From NCBI GenBank assembly GCA_047495785.1, contig JBLDXI010000054.1:2170001-2234000 (forward strand): a stretch of DNA of 64,000 nucleotides, given 5' to 3'. This document shows, piece by piece, positions 21,889-35,034 of the stretch; position 1 is the first letter of the stretch; every line of letters starts with the position of its first letter. The stretch is from Lepidodermella squamata. Lineage: Eukaryota > Animalia > Gastrotricha. A model generated the notes under the pieces. The model worked only from the letters and a program-made list of their open reading frames with translations, was not told the DNA's origin and made no database searches. A program made the translations under genes and the position numbers.

Positions 21889-23394
21889 TCATTGTTCATC
21901 ATTTTTTGACGGTTTTTTCTTGTTCCTTCGACTGCTGAACCAATTCCTGAGACGCCTGATACCAACGTTCACAACTGTGGAAAGATTTGTGAAGTCTGAC
22001 TGGGTTGGCCAAGACGTACGCCGAAACAGCTCTTGCATGTGTTGAAGTTGAGAACGTGTGAAAAACTTTGTCTCTCCTTTTGATCGGGCCTTTCTTGAGG
22101 ATGTGCCTCGCATGAAGTTTATTACTTTAGCCGGAGTCATGTTTGTAACCGATGCCAAGTGTTCGATCCGTTTGGCGTAGAGCCTGCACGGAATTGCGGC
22201 TTCTTTTTCGAGGATCGCAGTTTGCCAGGGCTCTAATGCCCAATTACGGCGCTCTCCGTCACCGGTGTTCAAATTACGCAACTGAGAAAGTTAAAGTCAG
22301 ATAAATTGAATGGAATACGATATAGGCTTACGTTTTCGAGAGTCACTTTGTCGCACAAGCGAGTATTCGTTTCATTTCTTCTCCTTTCAAACCAACGTGT
22401 CAGGAAAGACCTCTCGAGATTAAGAGCTTTAGCTAGCTCATCTCTACGCTGCACTGTAGGCGCTACATTCAAAGCGAATTCCTATAATTGATCACAAATT
22501 CAATTACAATGATTGAAAAACGAATAAGACATTCACATTTTCGAGAAGTTCAATCTGCTCTTCGTTTAGAGATACTTTCCGCTGAACTGGATGGTCTCGA
22601 AATCGCTGTCGACTTCCGGAAAACCACTTTTTGATGTACAGTCTTGGCAAACCTGTCTTTAGGGCCAGCTCTTCCTCTTCCGCCTTTCCCGGATAGGAAT
22701 TAGCAAGAAAAGCTCTCCTTAATATGTCGAATTGATCATCATTCACCTTACGCTTCTTAGGCTGGATTATTTTCGGGTCCCGATTACTGAGAAGCCAACG
22801 ATGAACTTTCTGTCGATTTGCGGACATTTTTCTCGCCACGGAGTAACTAAGTTTTCCTAGCGAAATGTCCTGTGTTTTCCTCCATTCTTCCAAGTGGCGG
22901 TGCAATTCTTCAATCTGCCAGCTCTTGAATTTCTCATTTGCCGGAGTTGTCTCTGCAAATGAAATTCGGCGTCGCTGATCTCGATATATTGCGAGCCCTT
23001 TAGAGCCTAATAATGCGCGTCTACCACGCGCAAACCAATAGCGAACCTTCAACTCTTGTAATCCGGTGACAGCTGCCAGTTCCTTAATATCTTTCCTTTC
23101 AGGATAGGCGTTGGCTTCGAATGCGTTGGCAAGTATTTCCTGTCTCGCTTTATTTTCTCGAGATTTAGCCCTTGCAACCGCCATGTCAGTGTCGCGACGC
23201 GAGTAGACCCAACAATAGACACGCCGCTCAGTCTCTCCGATTTCTTCTGCTAGACGTTTGCTCATTACGTAGTGTTCCTCGCTACGGTTTTTCTGCCAAT
23301 CTTCTAGCCTCTTCATCATCACTTCGAGCTGCCAAGGCTCATATCCAAGCAGTTGGCTACCCTTCTTCGGCAGTTTTTCCTTACCAACACTCAT
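21889..23394 (-). CDS. Multi-homeobox gene copy 6, intact, 466 aa, seven homeodomains
   Basis: Exons 23394-22537, 22481-22332, 22281-21889; same intron positions and phase as the other copies; upstream conserved block at ~23545-23600. Confidence 0.88.
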
Positions 23395-24215
23395 TTATTA
23401 TAATGAAACCGAGGAAACCTAGGTGAGTGAAAAATGCATTTTAACCACACTTGAAACAATTAATTGCTTTAAAGTTGGGATGTATAACGTCTGGCTGCTA
23501 AGACCAAGTAATGTTGTCTGTTAATTATATCGGCGTCTAGAATTCAGCTTACGGAGAATAACCGCTTGTGCGGTGAAAGCCAGCACGCTCGATGCGCACT
23601 TCAAAGTTGTCTCTAAAACGGATTAAAATTAGAATTAAAAATAAAAATATTTATATTATAAAAATCGAACTATTTTTAACTTAAATTTTCTTCATTTTTT
23701 TTATTTTTTTTTATATTACAATCTGTGAACCGATGTTGCTATTTTTATAGCTATAAGCAAATCGAAAAACGAAATGAACTCGCATCGGTCCACCAATGTC
23801 GTAGCCTAGCAGCCCCGAATTGCATCGGAAATATTCATTATTCACGACGCTTGCCTCGGCTGTTGGCTCGGCTAGTAACTGGCATATTGCGCAAAAAACA
23901 ACACAGAAAAAATTGGGCTCGCGCACATATGATTAATATCGATTTCACACACGAGTGCGCGCGCGATTGGTGTGTGCGCCTTTTTTGCGCCAGCCGCCTC
24001 AATGCGCGTCGCTACGGGCGACGCCACGTCGGATTGATTAAGGCACAACCGCCTTATTGTTATACACACACCATCCGTCTATTCAACTGGCCGTCGCAGG
24101 TTCCGAATCGAAGCCGTGTTTGTCGCTAGTTATCAACACTTCCTCGCCGGATATATGAAGCGCCGGGCAATTTCCGGTTGAAAATTGATTTTTATTGAAA
24201 AAAACGCGCGCTTCA

Positions 24216-27200
24216 ATGAAAGGCTGGTCTGGCTTTCGAGCGGCGCATGAAAGAAACAACAGCCATCATCAGTTGGATAGCTACGAGCCGCCGGCTCTTA
24301 AACAACCGCGCCGCGCTTCCTCGCCGTTTTTTAACACGCCGAAGCCAGCTGCCGTGACGGTTACACCCCGGCCGACGCCCGCTGTCGACTCCAGCAACAG
24401 CAGTTCCAGCGGCTATGTGAAATGGCAGCAGCAACAGCGGTTAAGTGATGACGTAACTGGGCTGCCAAGTATAGCAGAGCGCACAATGTCGGTGCGGCGG
24501 AAAGGTGAGCCTGTTTTTCACCAAGTATTATGTTGAGCCTCAATCCTCAATGTACATTGATTTTCTTTTCGGAATTTTTTAATTAGGAATCCAGAGCCTT
24601 TCTAAATTCAGGCTTCGAAATCTTGGTTTTCATGCCTGCATATGAACCTTGAGCCAATCAGTAAATATTTTATTGGCCACTGTCGATCTGTGTTGGAATT
24701 TTATAAATTCCAGAAAACAGCCAAAAATTATTCAGGTTTCGCGAAATATTTATTCCAAGTTCCCAAGCTCCCAGAGTTTATCAGTACAGTTGAAGTTAAT
24801 GGATTTTTGAGTCTGGATATCTGAAAATATGAACGATTAGAAGTTTGAGATTCCCAATACAATTCAGCGAACATTGAAATTATTTCAGTCGAATTCTGTC
24901 GAATCTTGGCTCAGATCTCCGAAGTCCTGTCACGAATAGTTGGAAAAAGCCAGTGAAGGCCACTTGAGGAATAAATTTCCAGCACTAATTTTCACCTCAG
25001 AACAGGCAAACCCTAAATTTACGCTCCCAGCACTAAATTTGAGTGATAAATTTTCCCAAAATGGGTTTGCAGTTTATTGTATCCATTTGAGGTTCTCATT
25101 TTTTATTTGCAGGGCTAAAATTGATTTTCGAACACTAATTATGCGTCCTGGCACTAAATTGTCCCGAGTCTTTGCGATTTTACGGCTTTTTCATATATCG
25201 ATAGATAGCCCTCCGTGAACCTGGGAATTTTATCTTGGCTAAATTGGGCCCTAAGCCAGTATGTAGAATGTTATCAAAAATAGGTTCCAAGACAGTTGAT
25301 ATCGGAAAAATCACCGATTCGTAAAATCGATAATTGGAATCGATATCGGCTTTGCAGCCTGAAGTACAACTCGTTAACTGACCGCTCATATAGCGAGAAA
25401 TATGCGTAATATGAATTTCTATAGGCTAGGTATGATAACAAACAAATTTAGATACTTGCGAAGACGTGAAACCCGAAAAGCTAACTTGGTGCAAATCTGG
25501 CGCTGGAGTCTTGCGCTTGAACCCTTAGTTGAGGTGTACACTTGGCCCGCGCCCTTCTGCTTATTTCTTAGGATATCTTGCTTAGCCGATTGCCCATTGA
25601 TCTCTGCGAATTCGCGCTATCAGTGGTTAGCTTTCCCAGTAAGACTTCTATTCAAGTACCGATATCGGTTTTTTGTATCGATTTTTCGGATATTAGCAAT
25701 GCAAAAAGCCAACATAAAAAATGTATCATCCTACTTTGAGATATCAGGTGGTGGTTATAATACAAAATATTCGGAATGTATGAGGTGACCTTTAGCGATA
25801 AAAAAATTTAATTCGAAATCGCAAAGAAAAAGGATAATTTGAAATGCTTAAATTTAGTGTTGGAACCTCTAATTTATTCGAAACTAAAGCGGAAGTTTCC
25901 GTATACAGCTCTATTTTAATGAGAAAACTTGACCAGGAATTCCCCAATGTCCTAAATTTTGAATTCCAAGACATAAATTATCAAATTTTACGGGTCATTT
26001 ATGGACATTTTCTGGCTGCATATGTATCGAGCCAAAATTACGGAAAAATCGTTTCACTCTGTTTCACTGGTGGCTTTAATTAGGTTTAGAATTCTGTGAC
26101 TTGACAATACTTCGGTCAATTTTTCTCCGGAAAAGTCATAATTTTTGTTTGTTTGTTATTTTTTTGCATATCGCGGCGTATCGAAAACAGAAAAAACACC
26201 GTACCTAGCCACGCCTAGCTACGAGCAGGCACAAGAAGCCATCCGGCGCCTATCGGCCGGAAATAGCTCGATCGGCGATCCGACGGGCGTCGTTTCACTC
26301 GCGGCGCACGCCCTGGCGGCGCGTTTCACGCACCAGGTGATGCAGCACCGAGCCAAGCTGAAATCACGCATGTCCGGCGGTCTCATCAGCGCAGCCTCAT
26401 TCGCCTCATCCATGCACGCCGGGCCTAGTCTGGCGTCCTACCGCCGCGACCCAACCCGCGTTCCGGTCCACCGCCTCTGGCTGGCCGCTGCCCATTCGAT
26501 CATCGCCTGGCTTCGGCTGTATAGACGGGCAGTTTTTATCGCCCATTCTGCGTACAATCTAAGTGATATTATGGCGCTTTCGAGTGACAACGGCAATAAC
26601 AGCGGCCAGGGTACAAGTGGCAGCGGGAAAAAAGATCAGAAAAAATCAGTCACCCGAACCGCCCTGGACGAACAGGGCAATGTTGTCAAATTCAACATGG
26701 ACAGCTTTAAATCTAACATTGTCGTAAGTTCTGCGATTTTTTTATTTAGAATTAATTTAGGAAAACAATCGGAAATTTTCTAAGGAGAAGTTACAGGTCA
26801 GCTCAATGCAGGAATCAGTTCAAGAATTGGTACACAATAATTTTTGCAATCTACATCACTCTGGATTTTTTCCAATTTTCTTGCCTGGTTTTTCAGCTAT
26901 CAATTTTTCCGGAAAATTCTACATACTGTCTATTTATTTCCAATTTTTGATTTTCGTAAATTTCAATTTTTTTATTTTTTCACTGAATTTTCTGCAATTT
27001 TTAAAATGATTGTTTTGCATATTTTTGCAGATGAAATTAACGGAAAGGGCGAAGCGTATTTTGACGAGGCACCCTAGCCACAGAACGGATGACGATATTC
27101 ACTATGTAAGTACCGCCTTTAATTTTGTTTACGCGTTTCCTTTCTTAATATATTTCACAATTTTTTCCTGTTTATTATTTTGATGTTTTTTCCCAGGTGA

Positions 27201-30200
27201 TGATTGCTCTTAAAGGTGTGCCACAAATATCAGAATTTCCGCAAACAATTCTCCGCCTTATCGTTCGATTCGGCTTTTTCGAAAGTTTCGAAGCTCGCCG
27301 CGTCCTTATTCGCCAGGGCCACACTCCAGTTGCTTTCTACTTCATCCTATACGGCGAGGGTGAGGAAAAAAACAAAACAAAAAATTGAACAGAAAAACCT
27401 GAAAGGTTTATATTTTTTGCAGTTGCCGTAGCTGTTACCGATGGGAATTCATCGATGGACCCCGCGAAATTAGCTGTTAAATTGAAGCGAGGCGAATCGT
27501 TTGGGGTAAATGTTGTTAAAATCAATGAAATTCTAGATTTCATCAATTTTTTCTGTGTTTAATTATTAATTTAATTATCCAGGAGTTAGCAATTATAACC
27601 GGTTTACCTAGACAATCGACCTGCGTGACGCTAGGTTACTGCGAAATTCTCAAACTATGGAAAGAGGTTGGTAAACAGTGACTAGACAGAGGCTGAAATC
27701 ATCTACCCTTTTGTCATTTCTATGCAGGAATACGTCAAAATCTTCAAAATAGGCGGCATGGCTAACTTCAATAACACGGAGGTGCTACAATTTCTTCGGT
27801 AATTTTTTCAAATTTTTCTAGAATTTTTACCTTGATTTTGCTTGATTTTTTCAGTGGTAGTGAGCTGATAACGGGCTGGCCGTTGGACCTGCTGAAAACC
27901 AACCCTGAGGTCATCATATTTTCCTACTTCAAAGCGGGCAGTGTTATCGTGAAAGACGTTAGGAAATCCCCCTGGCTTGTTATCCTAAAATCGGTATGAA
28001 TTCGACGAATTTGCTGAATTTTCGAGTAATTTTCTTTACTTTTAGGGCCGGGCAAATGCTGTGGCTGTGATTCCGAAACCGAAAACGACAGTTTCCGATA
28101 AATCGGGCCGGTTGAAGTTTGAGAGCGAAAAATCTGCTAGGAGAGCTCTCAGCATTTTGTTCCACCTGAGCAAGTAAGTATAGTAAATAGTAACGTTGAC
28201 ACTTCGAAAAAAATGGGCTTGAAAAGGTCTGAAAACATTGAAAAATATGGGTCATGAGACAATTTAGCCCAAGACAAAATAGCCCCGACAATATAGCCTC
28301 GACGGGCTATCCCAGTGACACATTTACCCCGGCGCTATCCCCCCGTCCCGCATCACGTGGAAAAACTGCGTGATGCTGCGGGTGGAATTTCTAACTGCTG
28401 GAAAGCCTAGACGGAAGTCAGAATGTCAGCATGAATTGCGATCCAGAGGAGAGCAATCACAGGCAAATCGCTCTTTCAAAGTTGATGACACATTGGCAGA
28501 ATGAATTGCTTTCTGCGATGTTTAAACTTGATAGCTATACTCGCGATGAATCATGTGGCCATAGGGCAACAGATCACGCGAAAACCAAAGTATTTAAAGA
28601 TAATGGCTAACACAGCGGACGATTACGGCTGTCGAATAGCCATGCAAGTCGCAGTCAACGCCGCTAATAACTTGACTGATGTCTTGCCCGATTACTATCT
28701 CGAGGCGGACTTCTACGACGAGGGAAATCAAGGTGCCAATATGGTTCGAAACTACTTCAACTTCACCAGCAAAAGCTCAATTGCCCCGATCAGTTTAGGA
28801 CCTGGCTTGAGTCCAAGTTGCGAGAAAACTGGCCCTTTCCTGCACCATTTGAAAATGACAAACGTAGCATTCGGATGCGGAGCGCCGAATCTTGTAGCTA
28901 ACCGAGTCAAGTACCCTAACGTCTACCGGGTTCGCATTCCAGGCCCGAACGTAGCTTACCTTCGAGCTGCAATTATCAAGAAGAAATCAAACTGGACTGA
29001 TGTCGCAATTCTCGCGTTTTCTGACAACAGCTTTGATGTAGGAACTGCCAAGCTATTCTTTCAACTCTGCGCTGATTCGGGCATCAAAGTACCTTGGTTC
29101 GATTTAGCCCCAAAAATTACAGATGAGCTGATCGGCTCCCTTAAAACAAGCAATGCGAGGATAATTTCAGTCGATTCGAATGATTCGAATTTTCTCATGT
29201 CTTTTTGGTGCAAGACGTACGAATTCGGCATCAAGGGACCACGATATGCATTCTTCTGCCAAACTTCCCTATTTTTCGATCCAACCAAACTAACTTTGCC
29301 TAGTGGATGCACTCTAAATATAGTTTACGAGCAGTATAAGGCAACGATTTGGCATGGGCCAATTTTATTCCCTGACAAGAGTTACGGACTAACACCGTTC
29401 GGGTATGATATCTTTGGCTTTGAGGAACGCTTCTCCGACCTGGCGAAGAAGCCAGTGGACCCCAAATCAAAGTACCATTGCCATGACGGAATGATGCAGG
29501 TGATTTTAGCTTTAGACAAAGCCGAGCGTAAATTGAGGAGTCTGAATTCGAGCCTGCAAGATTTTGACAAAGCGCCCAATCTTGTCATGAAAATCGCAAA
29601 TGAGAGTGTAGCTACTACTAATTTTATCGGTATCCGAGTAGGTCGCGCAGTTTATTCACCAAGATTGGAAATGGATTACGAGCCGCAGCTATACGGAGTC
29701 TTTACGCCCGAAAAGGGGTTAACTCAAGTTTACAGTGTTGCCCTAAATGAAAGTGCTGATTACGCTGATGTTATGGCTTACAACTTTATCGGGGATCAGC
29801 TCTACTGGCCTGGAACCCCGGACGGGGTATTGCCAAAAAATGGCTGGTCCATAAATAACTTGGCCGTAGGTGTGAAAACGGACGCTGTAATCACCCTGCA
29901 GGTTCTCGCATCCCTGAACTTCCTGTGGCTGGCTTACTGCACGATTAGATCAGTTAGGAAAATCGTCAACGATCGTGCATTGCTTCTTGCTAACATCGTT
30001 TTGATTTCTGGGTGCTTTCTTCTCTCCGTGTCTGCTGTCGCTTTCGCTGTCGAGCCGCAGGAAGAAGGAAGCTCAATTTGTTTGGTTCGTGTTGTTTTGT
30101 TGATAGCTAGTGCCTGTGGTGTCTCGTGCGGCTTGTGGATCAAGTTTAACATGATCGAATTGTGTCATGGGGTGCGGAAACACATTTGCAGAGGAAATAC

Positions 30201-32251
30201 GCAACAGACCCGATTGGCTGCTAATAGCATCAATCGCCTGAGTGTTGTTACACAGTTTCGTAGCCAAGCTGATTCATCTTCAGCATCTATTCAAGACATG
30301 CCCCTAGCCCCTGTCAGGGCATCCGATCATTCGCGCCGCGAAAGCATTCTGTCCAGGGAAACAGAAAAGCGCACCTACAATATTTCCCCCGAACATCGAT
30401 ATTTTCTTAACGCTCAAATTGCCTATTGTGCTTTGTTTGCGACGATAAATGGGCTGGTCCTTTCGCATTGGATTGCTTTGAATTACCGATCTCATTTCAC
30501 CATGATTGTAGATCTGGGAAGCTACTACGATGAACCAAGTGATACGATGTTTTTCTACCGAGGGCCAATTTGTAAGGCCTTTGAACAGTATAAATGGATT
30601 CTACCGTTCTTGTGTCTTCATTTCGTGATCATTTTGAACATCATCATTCATATGTTCAAGCTCAGCTGGCGTTACCGTGGAATCAACAATGATCGGGAGT
30701 TCAATTGCTTTAAAATGTCAGTGTTGAACTATTTGATAGCAGTGCTAGCGGCCGTGGCTATCATATTGATCGTTCGCGAACCCTATGCGCAGCTTGTGAT
30801 CGTCGCGACGTTTTGTCTCTTCATTTCCGCTACCACTGTGTCACTAAATTTCTTTTTCGCGTTTAAGAGCAATGACAGCTAAAACAAGTTTTTAATTAAT
30901 CTCACGAATGATTTCAATTTAGCTTGCTGATTTCTTTTTAAATAAACTGAATCGATTAAACCTATACCAGGCACCAGGCCCCACAGCATCTTTTTTTCAG
31001 CAATCTTTGGAGAACTTTACCCAATTAAGCGCAAGACAATATAGCCCCGACGGAAAGGTTGACAGCCAGCAGAACCCAAGATCCCAAAATTACCCTGTGT
31101 TTTTAAAAAAATTGAGAAAAAATGCATGAAAATTCATTGTTATATTTCATTTTCATTTTCTAGGCATGAGTTCGATCGCGAGTTGACTTCGACGCGTTTC
31201 CAGAAGATTCAATCCAGCTGGAGTATGCCTAAACCCATGCTGCCCCGCGCTGCGACCACAGCCGCTAATTTTTTCATGGACGACGAAGACATCGACCAAC
31301 GCGCGGCCACGTTTTCACCCGGCCTCGTCGACCGGTCCCGCCGTAAATCAGCCGCAGCTGCTGTCATCGCAGCCGCCCGCGATCTAGCCCTCGGAATACC
31401 ACACGGTGGCGATCCGCAAAGTTTGTCCCCGAATCGAGGTCAACCGCACCATGCCCACCATCGAAGGTCACCCGGCAGTCGACGCGGGTCGTCTCGAAGT
31501 AACGATTCGTTAACATTCGTCGGCGAGGAGTCGACTGATGACGAAACTGCGTCGTCGAAACTATCGGCGAGTAAAGCCGGTCGCAAAACGATGTTCAATT
31601 TGCTGAATGCGGGCGATGACGATGACGACGAGACGCAGAATGATGACCCGAGTCGCATGAGCCCGCGCGACCGCAGCCAGTACGGCTTTGTGGGCCTGCA
31701 AGAGCTTGGCGCGGGCAACGTGTTCGGCCTGGAGAGTCACATGAAGTTGACCGACTGCCGGCTGTTGCTGCTCAGCCAGGGCTGTGAATGCATCCTGTTG
31801 AACTGGGAATTTTTCCTACAACACTGCTCCAATGTGAAACGAGCTCAACTTCAAACCTGGGTAAGAAAAATATCGATTTTTTATAGTTTAACCCAGCTAT
31901 AAAATCGTCCGTGTCCTATAATCACGGACTAATTTCACCTTTTATTTATTCCGATTTGGATCGGGTATTACCGGGTTTTAGCGCGAAATCCTCAGCTTTT
32001 TTTTTTATTTTAATCGGATAAAATTAATTACCATAGGGTTTTTCCAGGGTGCCTGAAGCTTGAAAGTTTTCGCGTTATTTTTTGTAATCTCCCACTTATT
32101 TTTTTGTAATTTTTTCCAGGCTGTCTCGTCGAACTATCCAACGAACAAGGTGCTTGAAGAAATGTACCTTGATGAAGTGAACTGGGATTCTTTCCGGAAA
32201 TTCACCTTGAATTCGGCAGTTCCGCCCGAACGAAGTCACACCGTCTTATAA
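24216..32251 (+). CDS. Cyclic-nucleotide-binding-domain protein (CNBD2-like), ~11 exons
   Basis: Spliced frame 24216-24504, ~26209-26723, 27031-27105, 27198-~27360, several short exons to 28173, 31164-31860, 32120-32251; CNB motifs LIRQGH..VAFYFILYG, RGESFGELAI...PRQST and GAGNVFGL; linkage of the first exon is least certain. Confidence 0.75.
28501..30882 (+). CDS. Intronless class C GPCR, GABA-B-receptor-like (Venus flytrap + 7TM), nested in a CNBD2-like intron
   Basis: Signal peptide, VFT (A...AN...VLPDYYL; GPGLSPSC; YPNVYR), no cysteine-rich domain, seven hydrophobic helices, NND and MSVLNY at TM6. Confidence 0.85.
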   Translation: MNCFLRCLNLIAILAMNHVAIGQQITRKPKYLKIMANTADDYGCRIAMQVAVNAANNLTDVLPDYYLEADFYDEGNQGANMVRNYFNFTSKSSIAPISLGPGLSPSCEKTGPFLHHLKMTNVAFGCGAPNLVANRVKYPNVYRVRIPGPNVAYLRAAIIKKKSNWTDVAILAFSDNSFDVGTAKLFFQLCADSGIKVPWFDLAPKITDELIGSLKTSNARIISVDSNDSNFLMSFWCKTYEFGIKGPRYAFFCQTSLFFDPTKLTLPSGCTLNIVYEQYKATIWHGPILFPDKSYGLTPFGYDIFGFEERFSDLAKKPVDPKSKYHCHDGMMQVILALDKAERKLRSLNSSLQDFDKAPNLVMKIANESVATTNFIGIRVGRAVYSPRLEMDYEPQLYGVFTPEKGLTQVYSVALNESADYADVMAYNFIGDQLYWPGTPDGVLPKNGWSINNLAVGVKTDAVITLQVLASLNFLWLAYCTIRSVRKIVNDRALLLANIVLISGCFLLSVSAVAFAVEPQEEGSSICLVRVVLLIASACGVSCGLWIKFNMIELCHGVRKHICRGNTQQTRLAANSINRLSVVTQFRSQADSSSASIQDMPLAPVRASDHSRRESILSRETEKRTYNISPEHRYFLNAQIAYCALFATINGLVLSHWIALNYRSHFTMIVDLGSYYDEPSDTMFFYRGPICKAFEQYKWILPFLCLHFVIILNIIIHMFKLSWRYRGINNDREFNCFKMSVLNYLIAVLAAVAIILIVREPYAQLVIVATFCLFISATTVSLNFFFAFKSNDS

Positions 32252-35034
32252 TATAATATAACTCAATCACTCCTCTTATTTTTTTTAATTTGCAATAAAA
32301 ATAAGCAGTAAATTCCCGTTTGAATTTTTGAAATGTGTGTCTTATTGAAATAAGGGGCAATTTATTACACCTAAACGATGCGTGACCTGGAATCGAAAAT
32401 TATTGTCTCATAAATGATGACGTCAATGCCGCCGATTTCGTTGTCGATTCAACATTTGTGTGGCGTCGGAAATTTTTTCCAGCCGGATGGTCATTTTTTA
32501 CGATGAATCCAATTTGCCGCAAGGTGGATCATGGATTTTTTCCGTTATTTTATTACTAGAGCGTAGCCTCTCAATTATATAAGCCCCAGCTTTATTTGCT
32601 CATCTTATATTCGCGAAAAACACTATAACAATAAAATCCTAGCGTATTACAACAGGCTGAAGCGGGCCGAAAAATAGTAGTATAAGGCAATAGGCGCTGA
32701 AAAAAGTCAGTCTTTAACGCCAGCCAGCCACATAACAACAACAACAGCTAGCAACAACAACAACGCGAGCGTGAAGAGCGTTGTGGCCTCATTTTTATAT
32801 TTTGTTTACCATCAACAATATAAGCGCGTCGTCACTTTCGCCGAATGCTATTTACACAGCAAAGCTGCAGTGCGGTATAAAATGCCTAAAATGCAAAATA
32901 CACGGCCTCTCGCTCGCGAGTTGATACAGCAAATGTAATATTATTAGGCGTCTCTTAGTTACTCGGAAATTGCCCGCGGGATCCAGTGTAAAGTGGGGAT
33001 CGAGGCAATATCATCGCGTAAATTCAGTGATTGATTGATCGAGCTGTATAATAATTAAAATATGCACAGATTGCTACACGGTTAATAATTTATGCTTATT
33101 TCGAGTATTTTGCCAAATTAATCTTTAATGCGAAAAATCCAAAAATATAATCGAAAAGTCCGCCTTAATACAGGATAAAGTTAAGCGCAATCGAAAACCT
33201 GATTGGATGCGGCACAATTCCTATTTTTATTAGGGAGCAAGTGCGACCTTAAATCAGGAAAATATAGGAACCGCCAAAAAACGAAAAAAACTGGAAAATT
33301 TATGAAATTTTGGGACCCAATGAAAAAGTCTCAATTTTCCTATTTTCATCTAATTGTCTCTGGATTTCTGAATCCCTCATTTGCCCATTCAATTGGAAAT
33401 TACTGCTTTGACTCGATAGCGCTGAAATTAATCGAAAGTTTAACGAAAATTATCATTACAAAAGTCGGAAATGTTTACGCTCGCAAGGCTTGTACTTTTT
33501 TATTTATAACTTTCACAAAAGCTATACAATATTACTGAATCATCATCCATCATCATCGTTTGATACGCAGAGCAGGCCCCCGAATTTCGACAAGACACAT
33601 CTCGTGTTCTCGAAATAGCGGCTATAATTATCATATAAATCATCATCATCATCAATCATCATCGAAAGTCGAGAAATATCTTTTCGAGAAAAACGAAAAA
33701 ATCGGGCGCCGGAGAAGACAGAAAAATCCTATAATCTTTTAAATAGAAAAACGCTTCGCATTCCGTTTTAAACATATCAATAAAAAAGAAAGAGAAAGAG
33801 GAAAACATATCGCCGTTTCTTCCCAAAACTATCTTCTGAGTTGTAGTAGTAGTAGCAGAATAGATTACTAAAGCAAAACAACTGCTTTGATGTTGGATGG
33901 TTTTATTTGTTTCCGAACGAGGAGATAGACAATTTCGATGTTTGTGCCATAAAACAACACGAGCGACGAGGAGAAACCGACTTTTCCGAAAAAATTTTGA
34001 AGTAGGATGCATATATATTTTTTTACCTTGATTTCTATATCCAGTGCATATTTCAATGACTAATTTACAACGCTAGTTTATTTTTCAACTATCGGCTCCG
34101 GGTTTTCACCTCATCATCGAGTGAGAAAAACAATTGAGAAAGAAACGAATTTCAAGACGCCGCGCGCTTCAAACCAGACAAAAAACTTGATTGCAAGGTG
34201 TTTGAAATGATTTTTCCGAGATGATGAATATAATATAATATACCATAATATTATATAGAAAAAACAGGGAAATTTATTTCCGTTAAATCGAGCACCGTCG
34301 CTCGGAGAAATTTCATCATCATCATCATAGGTCTAAAACGAGATTATTCATCATCATCATTATCATCCGAAGTAAGCATGCGGCAGCGAAAGATTTTTTT
34401 CATAAAATTATTTACAAAAGAAAGGGCTCTGCGTTTTTGTTGTTGTTTGAAGAATCGAAGTGTAATTTATCATCAATTTGTAGAGTAACCAACGAAACAA
34501 ACAAATTAGTAACTATTATATAATTAATTAATTATTCGAAATAACAATAATCTTCGAGTGTCAAGATTTTTTCCAGTTCTCTGCGTATCAAAAATTTTAT
34601 TTAAAACCAGCAACAATTTGCAAATAGAGCGGATTTTTTACATTATTATTATTATTATTTGGGATGAAAAAGAGAGAAGACGAGATTGGTTCAACGTTAA
34701 GTTGTGCAGAGCCTTATCATCGCGCGGAGATCAGAGAAAAATTTTGAATTTTTTCATCATCATCATCATAGTAGAGAGAAAACACAACAATATTCAATTT
34801 TTTTTGAAATTCGTCCTAGATATAAATCGAGGGCAAGATCGAGATCGCCGCCCGCCTTTTTTCGTGTAAAGAATTGAGTTAAAATTTGATCATAAAATTT
34901 TAGCTGCAACCACAATCGACTTTTGATATCATCATAATTTTTTTATAAACAACAGTGTATGTATTATGATCGTTTCAGAGTGTTTTATAAAGACCAGGGT
35001 GAGAAGTTGATGGGATAGATTATCGTCGGCGTTG

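Noticed and set aside
24950-25700. Short repeated motifs (CACTAA(A)TT, ATCGAT) in the first CNBD2-like intron
   Set aside because: Probably decayed MITEs, but no termini or TSD could be defined
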